Source of the DNA: Promethearchaeota archaeon
Lineage (GTDB): Archaea > Asgardarchaeota > Hermodarchaeia > Hermodarchaeales > Hermodarchaeaceae
Direction of reading: 5' to 3'
Length of the DNA: 13,218 nucleotides
NCBI GenBank assembly: GCA_048939245.1
Contig: JBHLPR010000062.1
Coordinates: forward strand, 1 to 13,218
In this document: piece by piece, positions 7,184 through 13,218 of the stretch
Position numbering within the stretch: the stretch's first letter is position 1
How the letters are laid out: each line of letters opens with the position of its first letter
The notes under the pieces: model-generated
What the model saw: the letters and a program-made list of their open reading frames with translations, nothing else
What the model was told of the DNA's origin: nothing
The model's database searches: none
Program-made: the position numbers and the translations under genes

Positions 7184-7399
7184 ATGAGATTATTAGATTT
7201 GTTAAAAAAATTCGTCCATAATAAAAGAGGATCGCCACTTGTCGAGCAGGGACTTCTTTTGGGATTAGCTATCCTAACCATTACGATTTTGATTACAGTG
7301 GTCCTTGATGTCATGGGATGGTCCCAAGGACTCTTTCAGTCGATTGTCATTCAACTAGACCAATTGAAACAGGCCTTTCTCAGTGGCTTTGGTGGATAA
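7184..7399 (+). CDS. Short Flp-like type IV pilin with class III signal peptide
   Basis: MRLLDLLKKFVHNKRG|SPLVEQGLLLGLAILTITILITVV: basic leader, Gly at -1, Glu at +5, hydrophobic helix, about 55 aa mature length. Confidence 0.85.
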   Translation: MRLLDLLKKFVHNKRGSPLVEQGLLLGLAILTITILITVVLDVMGWSQGLFQSIVIQLDQLKQAFLSGFGG

Positions 7400-7426
7400 A
7401 ACACAGGCAATTTACCATATACTGAT

Positions 7427-8752
7427 TCAGGAACTTGAAGCTGATTCGATCTTTTTTAGACCCAAGCCGCGTAAGGGTTCATTGCTGGAAATACTTGGAT
7501 TAATTAATGTAATTGATGGTTCTGGTTCACTTTCTGTCTTAACCTGTGCTGAATCAAGTTGTGTCCCAGATATCTTGTCAAGATTCACCGAATTAGCTGT
7601 TTGAGACTCGAGAGATATATTCCCTTCAATGTGCACAGCATCACTTGCAATTGAGTCTAAACGATAGAGTTGAAGAGCATTCCAATCGACATCCTCAAAG
7701 ATCTCTATGTTTCCTCGAAAACCAGGAAGGACGGAGGAATTGCCTTCTAGCCCTGTCACAATTAGAAGAACCCTAACGTACCCAGCAAAATCGGGTATGA
7801 TTCTTGCACCCCAAATTATTCTCGCATCGTGTCTCATTTGCCTAGTCACAACATCAGCCACACGTGTGGCCTCTTCAAGGCTTAAATCAGGACCGCCAAT
7901 TACATGAATTAGCGCACCAGTAGCCCCCTTCACACTTAAATCGCCGAGTAGAGGAGAATGGAGCGAATTCTTCACAGCTTCGGAAATCCGATCGTAATCC
8001 TTATTTTCTGACTCGGATGCTTCTCCTAATCCCACTAAAGCCACTCCTCCTCCTGCCAATACGCTTCGAACGTCTGCAAAATCAAGATTGATTAAACTTG
8101 GCAGACTAATCGTTTCAGTAACTCCTTTCACCATACTCGCAAGAATTTCATCTGCAACACTAAATGCTTCATCGATTGGAAGATCACGAGCAATTTCGAG
8201 TAGCTTGTTATTATCAATAACAATAACTGTATCTGCGTATCTTCGTAGGCGTTGAAGACCTCGATGAGCTTTATCAATCCTAGCACCTTCAATTGTAAAA
8301 GGTGTGGTCACTGTACAAACAACAATTGCGCCATTTTGCTTTGCAATTTCAGCTATGACGGGAGCAGCCCCGGTACCTGTCCCTCCTCCAAGACCTGCTG
8401 CAATGAAAAGGAGGTCAACTCCGCGTAACAAATTTGTTAAATCTTGACGTGATTCTTCAGCGGCCGCAGCCCCTAACTCTGGAAATCCGCCTGTACCCAA
8501 TCCTCTTGTAATCGTTTTTCCAATTAGCATTTTTTTATGGGCTTGTACGTAATCAAGATGCTGTTGATCTGTATTAACGGCGATGCATTCAGCACCTTGA
8601 ATTCCAATTTGAACTAGCCTGTTTATCGTGTTGTTACCACCACCGCCAATGCCTGCCACCATTATCCGAGCACCGGGTTTTGAATAATGTGGAGTTGATT
8701 TTGCTGGACGTTGAGCGGCATCACGTACAAGTTTCGATAATCCACTATTCAT
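7427..8752 (-). CDS. ftsZ: Cell division GTPase FtsZ (FtsZ2-like by cdrS synteny)
   Basis: [13 protein letters not shown], tubulin signature [22 protein letters not shown]7 loop [23 protein letters not shown] lies 6 nt upstream and includes the cdrS stop. Confidence 0.97.
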   Translation of the reverse strand: MNSGLSKLVRDAAQRPAKSTPHYSKPGARIMVAGIGGGGNNTINRLVQIGIQGAECIAVNTDQQHLDYVQAHKKMLIGKTITRGLGTGGFPELGAAAAEESRQDLTNLLRGVDLLFIAAGLGGGTGTGAAPVIAEIAKQNGAIVVCTVTTPFTIEGARIDKAHRGLQRLRRYADTVIVIDNNKLLEIARDLPIDEAFSVADEILASMVKGVTETISLPSLINLDFADVRSVLAGGGVALVGLGEASESENKDYDRISEAVKNSLHSPLLGDLSVKGATGALIHVIGGPDLSLEEATRVADVVTRQMRHDARIIWGARIIPDFAGYVRVLLIVTGLEGNSSVLPGFRGNIEIFEDVDWNALQLYRLDSIASDAVHIEGNISLESQTANSVNLDKISGTQLDSAQVKTESEPEPSITLINPSISSNEPLRGLGLKKIESASSS

Positions 8753-8758
8753 ACTTAT

Positions 8759-8926
8759 TCACCTTATTGTTGGTTTTGGCGAAATTTGCTCCCAGAGTTC
8801 CTTTTTCAGAAGATCTCTTACTGCAATTCGAATCGCTTCACTGCGATTGGGGTATAACTTCTCAACAATCAAACGCTCGATTCCACTTACATACGCTTCA
8901 GGAAGATTTACAGTAATTAGCTTCAT
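8759..8926 (-). CDS. cdrS: Ribbon-helix-helix regulator, CdrS-like cell division regulator
   Basis: MKLITVNLPEAYVSGIERLIVEKLYPNRSEAIRIAVRDLL contains the YPNRSEAIR.AVR RHH signature. It lies immediately upstream of ftsZ, as in the conserved archaeal cdrS-ftsZ2 operon. Confidence 0.87.
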   Translation of the reverse strand: MKLITVNLPEAYVSGIERLIVEKLYPNRSEAIRIAVRDLLKKELWEQISPKPTIR

Positions 8927-8947
8927 GTCTATCGGAGTCACTACTAG

Positions 8948-9334
8948 ATATTATCCTGAAAAGCTCCTAGTATTATCGGGGTATTACCGCATAGTAAAAG
9001 TATAGTGTACAATAGGCGGATTGAAATTAATCAACGATGCTATCGGGTTTATTTGCCAAATGACCGGAAAATAGCTAGTATTACCTTCTTTGAGAGGCTA
9101 TTGAACGGAGTATCAGTTATTTCCAGTCCTGAAAAGCGAGTATAAAATGAGTCCAAGTGAACGGACCTTTCTTCTAATGGATTGGCGCCAATTGGTTGCC
9201 TTAAGCACATCAAAAGATCCCCACTTTTAAGGCATGTTTGATCTAAAAATTTCTATTCTAACTCTATTACACAAATCGTTTACTATATTCTCAATGGAAT
9301 TTCTTTTAATACAGAGGCTTGTTATGATATTATC
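8948..9334. repeat. Recurrent RTATTAYC direct repeats in the cdrS/tRNA intergenic region
   Basis: ATATTATC 8948, GTATTATC 8970, GTATTACC 8981, GTATTACC 9078, ATATTATC 9327. Confidence 0.55.
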
Positions 9335-9338
9335 CGCT

Positions 9339-9353
9339 GATAAAGTTTAAAAA
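9339..9353 (+). promoter_or_regulatory. BRE/TATA promoter of tRNA-Leu
   Basis: Purine-rich GATAAAG followed by TTTAAAAA (9346-9353), ending 33 nt before the tRNA 5' end. Confidence 0.6.
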
Positions 9354-9386
9354 GCGAGGAGAGCACCAGGGAATGAATTCTCCGCT

Positions 9387-9502
9387 GCGGGGGTACCCGA
9401 GCATGGTCTAAGGAACATGGGTTTCATGTTCCGATTAAAGGGGCAGGACTGAGGCTCCTGTGGTGTAGACCTTCGTGGGTTCGAATCCCACCCCCCGCAC
9501 CA
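9387..9502 (+). tRNA. tRNA-Leu(GAG) with D-loop intron and encoded CCA
   Basis: Acceptor GCGGGGG/CCCCCGC + A + CCA; anticodon arm CAGGA-CTGAGGC-TCCTG (GAG at 9451-9453); long variable arm; T arm GTGGG-TTCGAAT-CCCAC. The D arm CCC...GGG is restored after removing 9411-9438. Confidence 0.95.
9411..9438 (+). other. 28-nt tRNA intron at non-canonical position 21/22
   Basis: Central helix GGTC(9405-9408)/GATT(9433-9436), 3-nt bulges TAA(9409-9411) and AAA(9437-9439), and an 8-bp intron stem GGAACATG/CATGTTCC. Confidence 0.85.
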
Positions 9503-9512
9503 CTCGCAAAAA

Positions 9513-9537
9513 TTTGAGTTTTGTTGGTTTTTATAGA
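9513..9537 (+). terminator. T-rich tRNA terminator overlapping a candidate TATA box for the roadblock operon
   Basis: TTTGAGTTTTGTTGGTTTTTATAGA directly after the tRNA, with TTTATAGA at 9530-9537. Confidence 0.45.
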
Positions 9538-9542
9538 GTAAA

Positions 9543-9563
9543 ATGCTCCAACTGGTGGAGCAT
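9543..9563. promoter_or_regulatory. 8-bp inverted repeat, candidate operator or SD-masking hairpin
   Basis: ATGCTCCA-ACTGG-TGGAGCAT lies between the TATA-like box and ATG 9571. Confidence 0.55.
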
Positions 9564-9570
9564 AAAGAGA

Positions 9571-10497
9571 ATGCCAGGTAGTATGATAGATCAATTCAAT
9601 TTACATTTACGAAATATCAAAGCTGTTCCTGGCGTGGAAAACTCGGTTTTAGTTCAAAGAGATGGATACCCTATTACAAGTAGTGGTGTTTGGTTATCAG
9701 AAAATGAGATTTTTGGCTTATCTTCATCCTCTGCTGCAATTCTATCAGTGGCACAACGACTTCACGATGATTTATCATATATTCTAATTGAAGGTGAACG
9801 GAGTAAATTCCTTTTAGCTACGCTTCCTCGGTCAGCAAATTATTTTATTACCGTAACCACGCAAAGTCAAAGTAATCTGGGAGCTCTGTTATTACAACTG
9901 GAAAAAGCAATCAGACAATTAGATGAGACACTTTGGAATGAACAGTTTATTCCACCTTTAAGATCCTTTGAAACCTCTCAACGTAATAAGATACGGAATG
10001 CATTCAATGTTCGAGAAGGCACTCAACGTAGTTGGTCTACTGGGACTCTAAATTTGAGTATCACTGAAAATGCTGCGCATCAAATAACTGCAATTGTCAG
10101 CGATTTTCTTCAGGCCTTACCATCTGCTCAAACAGGTGAAGTATGTCTCGAAGGAGGTTACTTAATTCCTACACAGAGATATAACGAAGGAATGCGACTT
10201 CGCAATTCCACATTAACTTACACTCTCTTTGATACTTCTAGAAAAGTTGCGCAGCTAGTCAAACGGACAGAGCTAATTCAGGTTTTATGTGATTGTGGAT
10301 CGACACAGCACTTCATTTATCGATTAGCTGGTGGTCTTTTTAGTACGCTAATTCGGAAAGATGACACTCGTCTAGGTTTGCTGAGATTAATAATACCTAA
10401 TTTCATCGCAGAAATCGAATCAGTATTGCAAAAGGCACCAGCAAAAGAAAAGCCTACCTTAGATGTGGATGGTTTTTTGGAGGCAATCGCTCGATGA
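9571..10497 (+). CDS. Tandem roadblock/LC7 (MglB-like) domain protein (start ATG 9571 or 9583)
   Basis: Domain 1: VPGVENSVLVQRDGYPITS...SAAILSVAQRL...ILIEGERSKFLL...NLGALLLQLEKAIRQL. Domain 2 is degenerate: LPSAQTGEVCLEGGYLI...LFDTSRKVAQ...QVLCDCGSTQHFIYRL...RLGLLRLII. The track start GTG 9475 lies inside the tRNA. Confidence 0.85.
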   Translation: MPGSMIDQFNLHLRNIKAVPGVENSVLVQRDGYPITSSGVWLSENEIFGLSSSSAAILSVAQRLHDDLSYILIEGERSKFLLATLPRSANYFITVTTQSQSNLGALLLQLEKAIRQLDETLWNEQFIPPLRSFETSQRNKIRNAFNVREGTQRSWSTGTLNLSITENAAHQITAIVSDFLQALPSAQTGEVCLEGGYLIPTQRYNEGMRLRNSTLTYTLFDTSRKVAQLVKRTELIQVLCDCGSTQHFIYRLAGGLFSTLIRKDDTRLGLLRLIIPNFIAEIESVLQKAPAKEKPTLDVDGFLEAIAR

Positions 10498-11384
10498 GTA
10501 CATTTCTAGATAATGGTTTGTACACCTTAGGACGAAGGCAACTCGCAATCGTATTACGTTCAGTATTGGATAGATATCCGATAGTCATATTCAGTGAATC
10601 ACAAGAGCCAATAGATGCCATTTCTGAGTCTTTAGTAAAATTAGTGCCACACCGTCGTGAGATGGTATTTGGATCGGATTTTGTTTCATCTTCAGAACAT
10701 GAGCAGTTAGTCCTTCATGAAAAAAGTGACTATAACGGAGAACGAATAATTTATCGTGCTCCATCATCCGCTGCACAACTAGTATCGAACCAGATAATTG
10801 ATTTCAGAGGATGGATCATTGCTACCAGTGAAAGAAATTTGCACGAAATCGAGAATGCTTGTATCCAAACCTCAGCTTCTCCATTGATTTTACGATGTAA
10901 AGAAGGAAAACTCACAATAGAATCTAATGGAAACTCGGACTTATTTTCCGATACCAGCTTTGAATTAAAGCTATTAGAAAAAGTCACATCCGAAACCCGA
11001 ACAAGGATTGAAAGAATAACTCGAATCCTAAAACGAGCTGCAAAAGGAAAAGTAAGTGAACGACTTGAAAGAAGTCTTGTCGACCTTAATCATGAGGAGG
11101 ATAGAGTTCGACAAAGTCTATACAGGGAACATATTCAGACTTTTGTTGAAGCAGCATGGAGAGTTATGATTATTCTAATGCGTCTTCGTTTATTACAAGG
11201 AGTTGGAGTTAAGTCAGTGTTATCTGATAAAATGCTACGCCAAGCTGTTGATTACAAGGGAGCTTCAATCGATCGATTGATGGAATTCATTAAAGCGGAA
11301 TGGGGCGAGGACTTCCAAACTTCTGTAGAAGACGGGGTAGGACAAACCTTTGGGGATCGATTAGAAGGATTTTGGACAATTTAG
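10494..11384 (+). CDS. Hypothetical protein, alpha/beta N-domain plus helical C-domain, possibly DENN/folliculin-C-like
   Basis: 296 aa, ATGA overlap with the roadblock gene, no TM segment. The N-terminal pattern LAIVLRSVLDRYPIVIFSES...IDAISESLVKLVP is reminiscent of the cDENN core start. The gene call is firm; the family call is tentative. Confidence 0.75.
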   Translation: MSTFLDNGLYTLGRRQLAIVLRSVLDRYPIVIFSESQEPIDAISESLVKLVPHRREMVFGSDFVSSSEHEQLVLHEKSDYNGERIIYRAPSSAAQLVSNQIIDFRGWIIATSERNLHEIENACIQTSASPLILRCKEGKLTIESNGNSDLFSDTSFELKLLEKVTSETRTRIERITRILKRAAKGKVSERLERSLVDLNHEEDRVRQSLYREHIQTFVEAAWRVMIILMRLRLLQGVGVKSVLSDKMLRQAVDYKGASIDRLMEFIKAEWGEDFQTSVEDGVGQTFGDRLEGFWTI

Positions 11385-11405
11385 TGATCTCAGAAGGAAA
11401 GATAT

Positions 11406-11996
11406 ATGCTGATTGATTGGAGTCAACGCATTATTCAAACGAAACTGGTCTATTACGGTCCTGCAATGAGTGGAAAAACCGCTAGTATTCGAGCCTTATT
11501 TCACCGCCTCAATATTCTATCACGATTAGAATCAATAGAAACAACTTCAGGAAGAACTCTCTTTTTTGATTATGGTCCAATTGAACTATCCCATGGTGAA
11601 TGGATCATTCAGATCCATATTTGGTCAGCCACTGGACAAGATTATTATGCAGAGACTCGTTCGACAGTTCTCGCAGGAACTGATGGAATCGTTTTTGTGG
11701 CAGACTCGAATCCACAGTTAATAAGTGAGAATCAACGTTGTTGGGAAGAACTCAGGGGGTTCTTCGGAGATAGACTTACAGAAGAAGTTCCTGTCGTGTT
11801 TGCATTGAATAAGCGAGACATCTGGCCTGCAATAAGCCGGATTGATTTCATTAATACACTGGGGTTGAATGGAACGTCACAAATCTTTGAAACCGTTGCG
11901 ATCCAAGGTTCATTTACTCTCGAGATTTTACAAACCATTTTGAGAAAAATATTACTGGGATCGAATCTTGCACAACCCAAAAAGATAGGAACCTAG
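11406..11996 (+). CDS. mglA: MglA-type small Ras-like GTPase
   Basis: KLVYYGPAMSGKT (G1), RTLFFD (switch I with intrinsic Arg), SATGQDYY (G3 lacking Asp, as MglA TVPGQ), GTDGIVFVADS, NKRD (G4), ETVA (G5). Confidence 0.88.
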   Translation: MLIDWSQRIIQTKLVYYGPAMSGKTASIRALFHRLNILSRLESIETTSGRTLFFDYGPIELSHGEWIIQIHIWSATGQDYYAETRSTVLAGTDGIVFVADSNPQLISENQRCWEELRGFFGDRLTEEVPVVFALNKRDIWPAISRIDFINTLGLNGTSQIFETVAIQGSFTLEILQTILRKILLGSNLAQPKKIGT

Positions 11997-12036
11997 GTTC
12001 ACATCTCCAATTACTATAATATTGGAGAATAGGAAC

Positions 12037-12915
12037 ATGCAGATTTCTTTCTTAGAGGACATAGTAGTAACACTTCTACGTTTGGCAGTGACAGATTTAC
12101 CGCAAGATGTAACTGAAAGTCTCGAACACGCTTTTAAAAAAGAGAGAAATATGACCGCAAAAAGCCAATTGAAAGCGATTTTAGACAATATCAGCCTTGC
12201 TAGAACACAATCAATTCCAATGTGCCAAGATACGGGGATTCAGATATTCTACTTAACTGTCGGGTCCAAATTTCCTTTGATAGACCATCTCCCAACGATT
12301 CTCGAACGCGCGGTTCAAAGAGGAACGCAGGAAATTCCCTTACGCCCTAATACTGTCAATCCTATTTTGCATAAGAATCCTGGAAACAATACTGGTCTTT
12401 ATATTCCTTGGATTAATTGGAAAATCGTCAAGGGAACTGAACTGAAGATTACTACATTTCCTAAGGGGGGTGGTTCAGAAAATGTCTGTCGATTAGGAAT
12501 GCTAACCCCAGGGCAAGGAATGAAAGGGATGAAGCAATTTGTCATCGATTCAATAATAGAAGCAGGGGCTAAACCTTGCCCACCCACAATTCTTGGAATA
12601 GGTATAGGTGGCGGTGCCGATATCTGTATGAAGATTGCTAAGGAACAACTGATTCGACCCGTGGGAGAACGTCACCCAAATCAAAAAATTGCTGCAATGG
12701 AAGAAGAACTGCTTTCCGCCATTAACCAAACAGGTATTGGTCCAATGGGACTTGGGGGAGATACAACAGCCTTAGATGTACACATCGATATCGCAATGAG
12801 ACATCCTGCATCCTTTCCTGTTGGTCTTGCTGTTCAATGTTGGGCTGCAAGACGCGCCTCCGCCCTGATTACAGAAGATGGAAACGTTCAATTTACTTCT
12901 CATAAGGTAGAATAA
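12037..12915 (+). CDS. Class I Fe-S fumarate hydratase / L-tartrate dehydratase, alpha subunit
   Basis: PMCQDTG, LRPNTV, PKGGGSEN, KPCPP, GIGGG, GIGPMGLGG, RHPAS, VQCWAARR. ATG 12037 is preferred over TTG 12022 because GGAG/AGGA lie upstream. Confidence 0.95.
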   Translation: MQISFLEDIVVTLLRLAVTDLPQDVTESLEHAFKKERNMTAKSQLKAILDNISLARTQSIPMCQDTGIQIFYLTVGSKFPLIDHLPTILERAVQRGTQEIPLRPNTVNPILHKNPGNNTGLYIPWINWKIVKGTELKITTFPKGGGSENVCRLGMLTPGQGMKGMKQFVIDSIIEAGAKPCPPTILGIGIGGGADICMKIAKEQLIRPVGERHPNQKIAAMEEELLSAINQTGIGPMGLGGDTTALDVHIDIAMRHPASFPVGLAVQCWAARRASALITEDGNVQFTSHKVE

Positions 12916-12916
12916 G

Positions 12917-13218
12917 ATGGTAACCTATAATCTAACTACCCCAATCTCAGAAGAAGACATAAGAAAAGTACGTGTAAATGACATTGTATACATCACTGGC
13001 ACAATATTTACTGCTCGTGATGAAGCACATGAAAGGGCTTTGGAATGGTTCAAAAATGAAAAACAGCTCCCAATTGATCCCAATGGATTAGCTGTTTTTC
13101 ACTGTGGACCCATCGTTCGAAAAACAGAATCCGGTTGGGAGATTGTAGCAGCAGGTCCGACGACAAGCACACGAATGGAAATGTTTGAAGACAAATTCAT
13201 CGAAGCCTATAGAGTACG
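12917..13218 (+). CDS. Class I fumarate hydratase / tartrate dehydratase, beta subunit (runs off the window end)
   Basis: Manual translation: MVTYNLTTPISEEDIRKVRVNDIVYITGTIFTARDEAHERAL...VFHCGPIV...AAGPTTSTRME. Confidence 0.93.
   Translation, partial: MVTYNLTTPISEEDIRKVRVNDIVYITGTIFTARDEAHERALEWFKNEKQLPIDPNGLAVFHCGPIVRKTESGWEIVAAGPTTSTRMEMFEDKFIEAYRV

Noticed and set aside
4729-7314. Short ORFs 4729..5001, 5940..6149, 6150..6353, 6285..6497, 6696..6929, 7123..7314
   Set aside because: They overlap well-supported pilus genes on the opposite strand or in another frame. 6285..6497 crosses the TAA but has no T2SSF-like or TM character, so it is not a convincing frameshift bridge.
3596-7399. Archaellum operon
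   Set aside because: No archaellin with a globular domain and no ArlH/F/G-like genes are present.
7383-8916. + strand ORFs 7383..7604, 7707..7907, 8680..8916
   Set aside because: Antisense shadows of ftsZ and cdrS.
8942-9386. CRISPR array or hidden gene in the 445-bp intergenic region
   Set aside because: Repeats are only 8-11 bp and irregularly spaced; no ORF of 60 aa or more and no recognisable structured RNA.
9475-9570. N-terminal extension MGSNPTPRT... of the roadblock ORF
   Set aside because: It is the translated tRNA T-arm and terminator; the real start is ATG 9571 or 9583.
9460-11996. Integrated element at the tRNA 3' end carrying the GTPase operon
   Set aside because: No integrase and no duplicated tRNA 3' end seen in the window; housekeeping fumarase genes follow directly.
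10591-12587. - strand ORFs 10591..10776, 10751..10987, 11732..11980, 11952..12188, 12399..12587
   Set aside because: Antisense shadows of supported genes.
11997-13218. Functional link between fumarate hydratase and the GTPase module (metabolite sensing)
   Set aside because: Only adjacency supports it. An AT-rich TATA-like stretch (about 12010-12023) suggests a separate promoter, and the enzyme genes look ordinary.

Overview
Archaeal chromosomal window, most consistent with an Asgard archaeon. This is inferred from the co-occurrence of Rpo8, SmAP3, cdrS-ftsZ, roadblock proteins and an MglA-like small GTPase. In order: archaeosine tRNA-guanine transglycosylase tgtA (cut by the window edge) and an SmAP3-type Lsm gene (- strand); divergently, an Rpo8/RpoG-like subunit and a divergent TFB paralog; a compact type IV/Tad-like pilus locus (two small - strand membrane/pilin-like genes, a secretion ATPase, two in-frame T2SSF platform ORFs separated by one TAA, and an Flp-like pilin); cdrS-ftsZ (- strand); tRNA-Leu(GAG) with a 28-nt D-loop (21/22) intron; a tightly linked operon of a tandem-roadblock protein, an unknown possibly DENN/folliculin-like protein and an MglA-type GTPase; and two-subunit class I fumarate/tartrate hydratase genes. 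The best candidate for an undescribed system is the roadblock-roadblock / DENN-like / MglA module. The split platform gene with missing canonical starts, the non-canonical tRNA intron and several candidate operator sites also merit checking. All family assignments come from motif recognition by eye; no searches were run.
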